This document shows positions 46,816 through 58,806 of a stretch of 64,000 nucleotides of DNA, in pieces. Source of the stretch: Takakia lepidozioides (Eukaryota > Plantae > Bryophyta). The DNA lies in NCBI GenBank assembly GCA_030704615.1, contig CM060732.1, positions 49,042,001-49,106,000 on the forward strand. The letters run 5' to 3'. Position 1 is the first letter of the stretch. Each line of letters begins with the position of its first letter. The notes below the pieces were generated by a model. That model searched no databases. It worked only from the letters and a program-made list of their open reading frames with translations, and was not told the origin of the DNA. Both the position numbers and the translations under genes were made by a program.

Positions 46816-49800
46816 TCAAGCAGTCCGACCTGTATCCTGCCGTAGGACCTTGTGCAGCTCGTTGAAACTCAGTATTGGAGCATGGATGCAGACGCCCACT
46901 GCGGATATGCAACTCATGCGCTTCAGAAAAATGTAATAAAGGTGTTTGTAGGGGACGTATGCTACATTCTTCAATTCCAATACAAGGAAGTCCTCACAGT
47001 TGCAAGCTGGGTACTGAGAACCGTGATTGCATACACGACACTGCGCGTAGCAGACCCGGCTGTTGACAACTGAAATATGCGCCCCATCCCAGGGTGAGGA
47101 ACATCCCTACAACCTTGCACTATGCAAGGCATTGCAAGAGCGTTGGCCATCCTGGTGTCGTTCGTCTTTATTGGTGGCCGCCGTCTTTTCAGTTTCTCCC
47201 ACCGATGGGTGGGCCAAGCTGCGGGGTCACCCACCGGTATACGGGGCGAAGAGCTTCTTGTGGGAGGAGGATGACGACTGGGAATTGGATTTTGTGGAAC
47301 GTCTGTCATCTCCACCAGTCGAAACCCTGCACTTCCTAGAGCGTCTGCCTCCACCAGGGTAAGATCTGTACCAGTTGCCACAGGCCAGACTGCTGGTGGT
47401 TCAGGCATGCCTTATATACCATACTTGGGCTTGCCGAACACACACGGCATGATGTCGTGCCTGCAGAACCAAAACTCCTTCAGTGTGGCCTCCACAAACT
47501 TTGAACACACAAATCTCCCTGTGAAGCAAGGGGCAGGTACACCGCCCTGCGGGCTCCTCCGAATCATCTCATTGCATCTCTGGTTGGTGTCGACACGAAT
47601 AGCACAACATTTACCACGAAATGACGGACGGATCCGTGCAATTCTCCACTGCGAGGCCGACACATCTCACTCCACGATTGGAATGTTGTATTGGGTAACG
47701 ATAATAGGAGCAGCATGCTCATCCTCGGCATGTTGTCCCGAGTCTGACAGCGATTCCATGGATGCTGCAGGAGAGGAGTACGAGACATGTTGGGAGGAGG
47801 CATGGGACGCAACATCGTTGCGCCCCGAGGTTGAGTGCGGATGTTCATATCTGATCTCCATGAATCACCGTCGCCTCCGGGCATGTCCGCAATTCTTTTC
47901 TTCACCGGCCGGCTGCAAACATCGCCCTCCAGGCAGTTCCCCCGACTGTGTAACGGCGTTGACTTTATTGTTTCCCGCAATGCAGCAGTCCATTTTTTGG
48001 GATCGATCGAACGATGCGCCGCCCTCATCAGCATCTCCTGCCTATCTAGTCCGATACCCCATTGCTTTCTTCCCAGAAACTGGTAGTAACGAGATTGTTG
48101 CATGATGGCCCTCACAATATCTTCTGTTGTTGCTGTCAACATGTCAACGAGATGTGCCGCAGAGGAAGTACGCCAGGAAGAGTACACCGATTCGGCCATG
48201 TTCGTCGTCGGCATATCCGTGTCATCCTCCAAGCTCATGTCCTGTTGAAGGAAATTAGAAATGTCACTTATTGTGGAGAATGTCCAAGCACAAAACAGAA
48301 CAATTGTCAAGTACAGAAATGTGTTACCTGTCTCATGTAGTCTCCAAACTGGTGGAATCTATAGTGCCACCACGCAAGCCACGTTTGCAGTTCTGGCTGA
48401 TCTTTCACATTGATTGCCCCTGAAGACACCCACCAGGCGCGTATGGTTGCAAACTCGGTCTCCGCCTCGTCGATGGAATTTGCATTTTTCCACGCAAGGC
48501 ACATACTGATATGATCCTGCCGGTGGCGTGACGCCACGAACCTTTTCGTGTTTTGCGTCAAACTCTGCATGAAGTGGAACCCGCAAGATCTCTCCTTACC
48601 TTCCATTGGAGTCTTTGGGTCATCCCCATATACCCTCCTCACTGCAGCCCAGTTCGCCTGGGCATTGTCAGCCATGAAGCCCCTAAAATCGGGAGGGGGC
48701 AACTTCGCTCTCGCCATTTGCTCATTAATTCCGCGCCACATATGCAACTCCGAATCTGTGTCTTCTCATTTCATTTCACAGATAGCAATGGTCATCAACT
48801 TTCTGCAATGTGGGTCGTATACATGTGCCCCCATTGTCACCCAATCGTGGTTGGTAATTCGTCTGATGTGGTCGAACATGACCCAGCAATTTGAGAGGTC
48901 TCCACTAGTCATCCGCTTCACCAAATCGACACCGCTCCCCGGTCCGCACGTTGACATCTTTAATATGAAGCACATGTCCGTCTCTGAGCCTTGACCAGGA
49001 AAGAAACTGCCCTGGATGAAGTCGTAGCCGCATGTGCGCTTCACTTCCAAGATGGAGTGCATGTCTGATCTTCTTCCGATTTGTTTCTTGCAACCGACAA
49101 TGTGGTTCCTGACATTGGGGCTACACACATGGGAGACAGCTTCCAGCAGCTCCTTCATGTCCCCCTCGCCCAGCTTCTCTCTTGTGCTTCCGTCCTCCGA
49201 CATTATTCTGTCAATTGCAATTCTATGTGCGGATGTGAGCTGTAGCTGCTTTGGTTTTGCTCCCGGCCTGAACCTCACCTCCTCCTTGATAATATCGTGG
49301 GCTTGTTGAAAAGCGATTCTGCAATTGCCTCTGGCAACGGGGTGGTCATGCTTTCCGATGTGAATGCATGCTCTGGTGCACGCTGGGCCGACGGTCCCGA
49401 CATAGTACTGCTTGGCGTTGCACACTGCCATACACGTAGGGGCTGCGTTGCAATGGGCACACTTGAACGTCCCTGCAGGAACTCTATCTTGAGGCCAAAA
49501 TGGGGTCGACAAATTGCCAATCCAGTCTGTTTCATTCCGGGTGCCTTTGCTCGTGTAATGGTAACATGTGCTCGAGAAACATTTAAGATGCCCAGCACAC
49601 AATACATATCTCACTCGAACTCCATCACCCAGGTTGGACGATGAAGTTTTGGTGACACACCAAGGGTGGCCGTCATGTTTCATGTTCATTCCTGCCAGCA
49701 TGTCGTCTGGGCCTGCGCCTGCCGGCACTGGAGGGAACTCGTAGATAGCATTCCCATCCACAACTTCAGGCAAAGTTTCCACAGAATGGATTGGAGTTTT

Positions 49801-50598
49801 GTCATAATCAAGCCTAAGAAGGTCACTGGAGCGGGAACCCGTTGTCTTCATCCTCCGCAATATGTCGATTACTGAGCGGACGGAAGTTGAGTCGGAGGGT
49901 GTGTGCTCATTGTGACTCCTAGTGACGGACGACTTCGAACCATACGATGGAAGGACCATACAGTCTTCATCGTCACTGGATAAGTCGTGGACGACTGTTT
50001 GCCTATTTTCCTGGATTTCCCTTTTCACATGTTTGGGCTTCTCTGCTTGTGAAGAGGTGCCCACATCCTTCATGACAAACTTCACATCTTGCACGCCAGA
50101 CCCTCTTGTGGAAGGAGGATCAACCAAGTTCCAGCGTGGGAACTCTTTAGGCACGATTTCACCAATTGCACTGTACCGGATGGATTCAGAAGCTGGGAGC
50201 CGCCACTCTTTGCCCTTTCCGAAATCTGCATGCAGCATGACGACACTTTCCAGAAAATTTCCATAAGCATCATTCGTCTCCTCTTCCAAAAACACCGTTC
50301 CAGGGCGGAGCCCGAACTTCACATACAAGTACTGCTCAGTGACAATCGCAAATCCTTGGTCGCAGGGTATTTTAGTTTTCAGAGAATCAGGATGGAAGTA
50401 CATGTTTACCCAAACACGGGAGTCCATGTTGAAGACGGCAACTCTCGGTACGCTTCGCATCGAAGTCCTGCAATGAGAAGAGTGTGTCCTACATAAAATC
50501 ACAATCATTTTATGGAGGATTCTATATCCAACAGGATGGGTGATCAGTGCACGTATGGATGAAGGTGTGTACCGTACGTTATAAATACGGACGACCAC
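46816..50598 (-). pseudogene. MULE transposase, copy 2 (GCM-like + DDE + SWIM)
   Basis: DGHPWCVTK..RYVLCAGHLKC..C..CAHC..C..HIGKHDHP (GCM-like); WVMFDH, GFMADNAQAN, SCGFH, TTNMAES; CNCEDF..YKH; intron ~48245-48327; stop at 48766 and frameshifts; start codon uncertain. Confidence 0.88.
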
Positions 50599-50676
50599 AG
50601 CAAGTTCACATCGGATATTTGGTGCTTGAATTGTGATGTACCACCAGTTGGACTACAATAAATCAGGCTTTCTCAT

Positions 50677-52070
50677 GAATTTCGGCACCGAAATCTAGAT
50701 AAACATCTCTGTCATGTAACAGATTTGGAAGCCAGGGGATGAATTCCGGCGATAGAAATCGAAATTTGTTCACCTCATGAAACTGAGCAAGCACCTGACG
50801 GATGGATTTCGGTGCCGAAATTCGGATGAACATGTTCTTCATGAAATTGTTTCTGCACATAAGAGATGAATTTCGGCGCCGAAATACGGATGAATGTGTT
50901 CGTGATTACAGTCATGATTCACCACGTGTCCGGATTTCGGTGCCGACATCCGTAATCCCGAATCCACAGTAGGGATGAATTTCGGCGCCGAAATTCATCC
51001 GAAGTCCTCCATTCATTTTTTTTTGTCTTGCGACAGATGAATTTTGGCGCCGAAATTCATCCGAAGTCCTTCCTTCATTTATTTTTGCCTTGCGACAGAT
51101 GAATTTCGGCGCCGAAATTCATCCAAGTCCTCCCTTCTAATTTTCTTTTTTCTTCGCGAGCAATGAATTTCGGCGCCGAAATTCATCTGAAGTCATCCCT
51201 CCAATTTCTTTTAAAGGATTGAGCGCTGGATTTCGGCGCCGAAATTCATCCAATGCCCTCCCTCCAAATATTTATTTGTCTTTGAAATGGATGAATTTCG
51301 GTGCCGAAATTCATCCTTACTGTCCGCAATGGGTAACTCTAATATTACATTTTCAATGCGACGGATGAATTTAGGTGCCGAAATTCGTCCGAACCCAACA
51401 CTTACTTCTTGCTTCTGGATAAAGTAATGTTTCGAAATTCGTTTGAAATAACCCATTCAGACAAAGATAACACGAATATTCTGCATTAAATGGAGAAATC
51501 GGCACATTCAACCCCTTATGTCTTACAAAAGGCCGTTATCCAATGACGAAAGGGGATATTTTTTCATGCTGGGGGAAAATTAATTGCATTTTAGCCGTTG
51601 TTTTCATTTGAAACTGACAGTATCCATTAAGTGGTCATTTTTCGCACAGGACGTTGCCGCACATAAAGTATAATTCCGGCGCCGAAATTATACTAAACAG
51701 TCCATACATGGCAAGTCCAACAGGCATGGACAGCAACCGTGAGGGGCAATGATGGCGGCAAAGCGTAGCATGGTGCCGATTTAGTCTTCGCGCTAATGTA
51801 TTTCGGCGCCGAAATATGGATGAAATGTGCCCAAGTGCAGCCGTCTCCACTGTCCCGGAATTAATTCCGGCTCTGATATCCGACTGACAGGTTTGCTCAT
51901 GACGGATGAGGACTGATGAAGCGATGAATTGCGGCGCCGAAATTCATAAGCTTGTATATGAAAGCACTTGCATATGATGAATTTCGGCGTCGAAATTCAT
52001 CCGTTCGTTGAATGCCGGCTGCTCCGGGAACAGCATCCGGTGAACGGAACGGTATTTCGGCGCCGCAATT
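50677..52070. repeat. Phased array of ~17 copies of palindrome ATTTCGGCGCCGAAAT
   Basis: Copies at ~50678, 50741, 50806, 50869, 50933, 50977, 51039, 51101, 51165, 51229, 51293, 51367, 51673, 51800, 51926, 51979 and 52053; perfect 28-bp palindrome at 50973-51000. Confidence 0.9.
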
Positions 52071-52765
52071 CGGATAAAGCGTCTTCTACAAGTGGCTTAA
52101 ACAGGCACGCGTCGTGTTCCAGTCGACTTCATCCGTGCGAACGTGTCAGGGGTCACAATCTCTTCATCACCCATACGGCAGAAAGTGGTGGACGGTAGCA
52201 ACGCTTCGGGAGACGTGGCTGCTTACGCATCTGCTCGTGCATAGTGGTTGCATGTTCCACCGCTTCGCTCTCTCGCTCTTTGCCCTTCTGTAGTGACATT
52301 CTCCTGCGTTTCCTCTCCTTATGCAGCATAGTGATAGCATAGAGTTTGTGGAAGCTCAGGCGACTCCGGCGCAGAGAAGGAGGACGCGGGATTTTGGGAA
52401 GCCGCCGACGACACGACTTAAGCTCCGTCTCATGCAAGAAATGCAGACCTCGTTATCCCGAGACTCGGATCGCCCACCAGTGATAGATTCGTGCTTCGCG
52501 GATGTGAAGCACTCCATACGCACTATTCCTTTTACACCTTTTTTTTTGCGTGCAGTGTGTCATGTTTTCCTGTTTGTTTGACATGGGAGCTGGGGAGGGA
52601 TCGCAGGGAGGCGAGCCAACACAGTCAACTTTGGATACTCCTGCCCGGGTGCTGCGCTTGCAAGGTGGAAGTGCATCGAGGCAGACGACTCCTCATTCAA
52701 CACCTCAGAAATCGCCTTAGAAAAGCCCACCTAGAGTCCGGAAACCGAGGAAGCAGAATGAGCCC

Positions 52766-55700
52766 ATGGCTTCGCCAGTAAAACCACTTGGGAGACTGGA
52801 AACGGAGATATTGGGTTTGCAGGCAGTTTCAGAAAACACGAATGCGGTGGAGGCCGTTAGAGATGTCGGACTCGGATCTGCAGAAGGACGGCCCATTGAG
52901 CTGACAGAAGCAGAGGACGACAACGTGGTGCGACTTGACGACGATCAGAACCTGCTCGAGCTTGCGGAGGAGCAAAACCTCCAGGACAGTAAACAAGCTG
53001 GTGAGAGGGGTGAGGGAAGTGAGAGAGGTGCTGGAAGTAAGAAACTGGTGGCAGGTATGCTCATGAGCGCACGAGACATGAACATAGCAACAAACAGATT
53101 GCTGGCAGAGACTCATAGCAACATAGGCCGCGTTTTGGGCTCCATGGTGTATCCGGAAAACCTCAAAGTTCCTTTGTGTCGCATGGTTAGTCTTCCAGTT
53201 GTAAGGTAAGCACTGCCAGGGGACATCGATCAACTAAAGGACAACTTCAGAGATGGGTACAGACGGGGGTCGGCAGCATTCTACGTTTCCATTGAGAATG
53301 ACCAGGGTGTCACAAGGGGCCCCACTGCAGAGGAGCTTCAGAATTGGAGCCCCCACTGGCACACTGTAAATGCCGAGTTTGAAGCCTCTCTGAAAACTAA
53401 TCCCACATTCGCACACATGGCAGGGAAGATGTTCTTCGTTTGGGACGGGAATCACGGGATGCTTGCCTGGACAGAGTACATTGCTGAAATGCATCCGCAA
53501 GATATCAATTGGCATTACATGGTGGACTGCATTGTCGTGAAGGTGGACGGGAGGGACAGAGGACTGCTGAAGGATGCCATGACGGATATAAATTTGTAAG
53601 TATACAACTACATCCTTGTGTACTGCCTATTGCGGCGCTGAAATAGACAATGTTCTTGACTGTCATGCACTCTATGAACCGGAAATTGGATTGCTGTGCC
53701 GAAATTTGGTTATTTTTGTATCATATTTTCATGTTGTTCCTTTTTTTTTTTCTCCATGGCAGGGTAACAGAGAGGGCCTTCGTGGAAACTCATCTGGCAC
53801 ATACGCTTTACAGAATGCAAGAAGTGGGAACAGCACCGCTGACGGACTTCCAAAAATCCCTCGATCCCGAGCTGTACAGGAAGTCCCTTGCGAAAGCGAA
53901 TCGCACCTGGTACCGACCAACACTGGACGCCATGGTGGAGATCCTCTATTCGGTGAGGTTCATCTCAAATTTCCCGATTTAATGCTATTTGTTGCAGGGA
54001 TCAGTGGCATGACTGTATCCGCTGGGTATGGGAATGTAGACGAACATCAGGGATGACTTGGCCTATGCCAAAAGGCAGTTCTTTGAGAGTGATGCCCCCA
54101 AGAAGGCGGACGCGTCGATAGAGAGTGACATTGTGCAGGCAGGGAGGCAATCACGGACCAAGTACAGGTCCAAACTTGTGAAGCAAGTTGCAATCGCTGA
54201 CCCTGGTCTTGGTGCCGAGTTCATGGCGGAGATAGGACTGCATTACTCCAGACCCATGAAACCGGAAATATCCATGGAGAAACTTCATCACATCGCAGTG
54301 TACTGTGTTGAGCCGGCGGAGTAGGTAAGCATGTGTTTGTTCTTGTTTTCTGTCTTCTCGCGATTCTCATGATGAGGTTCTTATGTCTGACCGATGTTAG
54401 GCCATGCAGACGAGGTGGCTGCGAATCTAGAACGGCCATATAAACACGAAGTTGCTGTACTATTTTCCCATCGAGCCAACAGACGACAAAATGAACGACT
54501 GGCTCAATGTGATGACTTGGTGGCATCAGGTATAATTTCCTCCTCTTCTGTGTGTTGGACATCATCACAATTTCAAATTCATGAATGTTTTGGAAACCTG
54601 CACTGCTGCAGGTACTGACCCACGCCCAGGAGCAATTGGATTGCAACACCACCACTTTCAAGTTACAGATCGACTGGACGAAACTGGAGACAATGGAGAA
54701 CTACGTGCGGTCCTGGCGATGGCGCTTCGCAAACCTCTTTTTCAGAGAAATTGCAAAGGCAAGACGCAGCGTATACATCAAAGAGCAGGAGGGTGCCGAC
54801 AAAACGGCAATGCGTGTCATGTTCAGGTAATTTGCTGCCAATGCATCCCCCTATTTGCAGTTTTGATGATTTAGCTAAGCAGCGGTGGGTATTGCGGCGC
54901 CGAAATATACCTCTGCAAGATATGAGTGCTGGGTAATTGGGGCACGGTCCACTGCGTATTTCAGTGCCGAAATACCTTGTGCATTGAGAACTTCCTCTTG
55001 CATGATGCATCAGTAGAATGATTTTTGTTGAACTGCCTCGTGATTGCAGGTACATAAACTTTGCACTCATTCCGTCCGGAGCCATTCAAAGGGTTCCACC
55101 ATTCTTCCTGACGTGGAGGACACCTGGAGGTCGTGGTACGATGTACACAGAAGTATTGGCGAAGGAGTAGCATGCCGAGCATTTGGTAGACTGTCCCTGG
55201 TATGTGCATCTCCCAAGTGGGACCGTTGACCTCTCGGAGGTTAACTTGAAGAAGGAAGCGAATGCCAGGGCTATGAAGGCGCATCAGATCCCCAACCAAA
55301 GGACGCGGAAAGACTGAAAGCAGAGGAGGCAGCCAAGCAGAAAGCACTGAGAAAGTCAGCCAAGGCGGCAGCGTTGGCGAAGGAGCAGATGGAGAAGCAG
55401 GCAGCTGAGCAGCCCAAGGACAGGAAGAAAATAATGCGCAAACAGGGGCAAGAGACGAAGACCCCCACACCCAAGAAGAAGAAGCAGCAACATAGTCAGC
55501 CAGATGACGAGGATTCCGATGACGATTTCCAGCAGGATAACACCCAGGGGGCCACACCTCGTCCGAAAATTCACAAGGGCCAGCGCTCCGGGGGTTCGGC
55601 TGCAAAGAGATCACTATACGAGGATGCACCTGGCAGACCCTACCGTGCGGTGCATATTGCGGGCAGGGAAGTCCTCAAAACACCCACAATTGTGGAGTGT

Positions 55701-57358
55701 GTTAATGAAAATGTCCTAACTGCTCTGACCAGAAAGCTGGAGAAAACGAGATTGAGGAAGGCGATCACCAGGGGAAGAGGAAGAGGAAGGCCACTGGCCA
55801 TGATATGGAGTATTTTGTGACGATGAGCCACGGCAAAAAAAGCACAGTCGGGGGCAGGGCGGTGAAAGCCTCCATCGACATGATCCTTGTGGATATCCCG
55901 GATGGGCAGGAGATACTGGGGCTGGGCTCACTACCCTGGTAGAACGAGTACGACGAAAGATATTGGAGCCACACATTCGGGTTCGCAGCCAACATGTTGG
56001 ACGACGACGGCTGTGTTGTTGTGCTAGCAGCCGATAGAGAAGTCACTGAGAATGATATCAAAGTATGGACGGGGAGAAGTGCAGCACCCATCCTGAAAAA
56101 AATCTGGACTTGCATCAACACGCAGGGTTTTGTCAACGATGGTCAGAAGGTATGTTGCGGTTCTCCTCTGTTCTGCCAATTTATGCGCCGAAATTGCCCA
56201 TGTACGTGTAGGCCACCTCTCACGTTCTCCTTTCCTTCTTTGCAGACTCTTATCTTTCAGGCATTCTGCTTCGTGAAGTAACATTCGAAATTCAAATTAC
56301 ATCAAGCAGGCAGACTTGTTGATTCCACAGTTGATCCACTGGAGTATAACGTCCTGTTCAACCATGTGGGAGAGAAGGACATGCTTTGTGATTTGTCGGG
56401 CAAGCCTTGGAGGTATGGCAGGACCAGGAGTCCTGCATTCATCTAGACGCTCATGGAAACGTGTACGAATGTTGAAGGCAGGGTCCTCGACGTCACTGCT
56501 AATATAGGTGAGAGCGTTAAGTGATTGCGGCACCGAAATTGACACCGTTTCCGATTGTGTATGTTTGCTTGCGCGAGGAAGCGAGTCATTCTTGACTTTG
56601 GCTGTGGTTGTGTCGTATGAATTCGCAGGTGCCTGTATGTGGGCGGGAAGGATGTCCAACCGATTTGTGTTCTCATTTGAGGGGGATACGGCCTTGTACG
56701 ATTTCAATTTGGCGGGCTTACAGCGTCTGCCTCCGACTGAGGATCCCAAAAACGCAGAAGAGGACGTGGAAGGGGAGGAGGAAGAGGAGGAGGAGGAAGT
56801 CCAGGAAATTCGTACGATGCAGGGGCGCCCGAAGCCGCTTCCTGCAATGCCTGTCTTCGAGTGAGTTGCACCATAGTAAGTGTATTGGTTTCGGTTGTAG
56901 GGACCATGCAACCTGCCGATGATTCCCTGTTTGACTGTTCTAATGTGCTTCATTCTGTGTTTGTGCGTACACTCAGCCTTGCGGAGTCGTCCGACGAGGA
57001 AACGCTGGGAGACTTGCCCGAATCGGACCCTGTTGCAGAGGAGGAGACAGAATTGCATCGGCCATTCTTTGCCAGAAAATCGTTTCTCGCGAGTCCCCAG
57101 AAGCCCTTTTTTCTACCAGCCTATGCAGACACGGCTGCCAGAGAAGCCATCAGGAGGGAGGATGGGCCTACTCTGTTTGAGCAATTGATATTCGGGAATG
57201 AGCAGAGAATTATAATTAGGCGTGAGGCCAAACATGGAATTGTGAAAGGCAGAGTAGGCAAGTTCGTCATAGAATCCGCGTCTGAGAGCGAGGGGGATGA
57301 TGAGGACAGTTCCGCACCCAGGTGGACAGTTCCAGCTGGTGAGGATGGTATTTTTTAG
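52766..57358 (+). pseudogene. Multi-exon ParB/Srx-like + beta-class amino DNA methyltransferase-like fusion gene, copy C
   Basis: LKVPLCRMVSLPVVR..FYVS..VWDGNHG; SIDMILVDIPDG (DIPD 55892-55903)..ANMLDDDGCVVV; RSPAFI*TLMETCTNVEGRVLDVTANI|GACMWAGRMSNRFVFSFEGD; C-terminal SP..FFLPAYA..ASES shared with copy A; stops at 53207, 55940 and 56444; 5' start uncertain. Confidence 0.78.
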
Positions 57359-57902
57359 GGAAGGGCTTCTCAGAGTAACAGCGGTAGCGGCAGTGCAGGT
57401 TCGGAGGCAGGTGGAAGGCAGCCATCCTTGCATGAGGCCGGGGATGCATCGAACAGTGATCGCAGATCCTCACCATAACAAAGTCTCATTTGGATCCTTT
57501 TGTTGTACAGTTCTGAAACACTTAATGAAAATATTAACGATTTCTGAAATCATTGTGTTCAGACTGCATGTCCGATTCCCTACATTTCTTCCGCCAACCA
57601 CAATGTAATAATAAAGCAGAAGAGACGCAAACTCAAGTAAAGAACCCTACAAGTAATTTATGCACACCAACGAACCGCGAACTTGAAGCCATGAAAACCC
57701 TGCCGTTTCTAACATTCCTATTGGGAATTTCGGCGCTGAAATAGCCCAATGTGCGCCTTCATAATATGGGCCTTATAAAATTCCACGAAGGAATTACTGC
57801 ACCAAAATATCACGATGGAAGCCTTCAGCACAAGGCACTTCAGCACATTCCAGTTGGGTATTTCGGCGCCGAAATACCAAGGTCGGTGGTTTTAGGACGC
57901 CA

Positions 57903-58806
57903 GTGGTTTTAGCACAATTTCTTCTCGTAATGTCGTGGCACCTTCTCTGTCAAGCCCCTTCTAGCCCCAGTCATTTTCGATCGCCTGTGTGGGTAGCCGT
58001 TGCCGACCAATGGGGGCACGTATTGCCGTTGCCCCAGAGAAGATCACGTGAGAAGGTGTTCCGCATTGGGTTTTTCAATGTTTGCATCTCCGTGTTGAAA
58101 AACAACAGTGATTACTTGTCCATCTCCATTCCCGGTGGACACTTCCTCAATGCCGCCCTGTGTAAATGCCTTCTGCATTCGACGGAGCAGGATTCGAGGA
58201 TCGCGATTGCGTGAGCCGGTGATGGGAGACATTATGGTGGAGTTGGACTTCAGTGAAAGTACACACAGGGTGACGAGTTTCCTTTTGAGAGATAATCGTA
58301 GAAAGGGTTACTTCGTTCCCGATAGGGATTCTCTTTGGGTGAGGCATGCCAGTGGACAACAATGGATACTTGTTGTGCGACATAGACCTGGAAGACGGAG
58401 TGTTCGTCTCTTCATCATGAGATGTTGATGCGGCGAGTTCTGGAGGTCTTACTACCATAACTATACTGCACCTCCACAGTATTTGCTCCCATATAGGGCT
58501 CTTGAGTTGCTCACTCACTCTTCTGGGCCAAGGAATATATTGTTGACACTAAGGGAGAATCGGAACAGGTTTGTCCTAGATGTTTGCGAATTTCACGACG
58601 CTATGGAGGAGGTCCCAATAGGAGGCCTCCAATATCTGCATGTTTTCACGAACTTGACCTCTATAGATATCTTGTATCTTTATGTTCGCCATCTTAATCC
58701 AGAATACGGCAATGCACAGTGGACGACTACCACACCACTCCTAATTCTGGACCTGTGGTTCGACGACTCGGTGGTTCGTGTTGTGGATGTCAACGCAACA
58801 GCATAG
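57903..58806 (+). pseudogene. Orphan cargo ORF(s) near the right end of the MULE
   Basis: Successive same-strand frames 57903-58214, 58108-58428 and 58483-58806 (last two in one frame, split by a TGA); no recognised family. Confidence 0.3.

Noticed and set aside
50677-52070. Palindromic repeats with ~63-bp period resembling a CRISPR array
   Set aside because: Spacers are related to each other, repeats are degenerate and also scattered in introns, no cas genes, and the context is a eukaryotic transposon
20898-57358. Bacterial or phage contamination as the source of the ParB-MTase genes
   Set aside because: Conserved spliceosomal introns, and embedding in plant transposons next to DMC1
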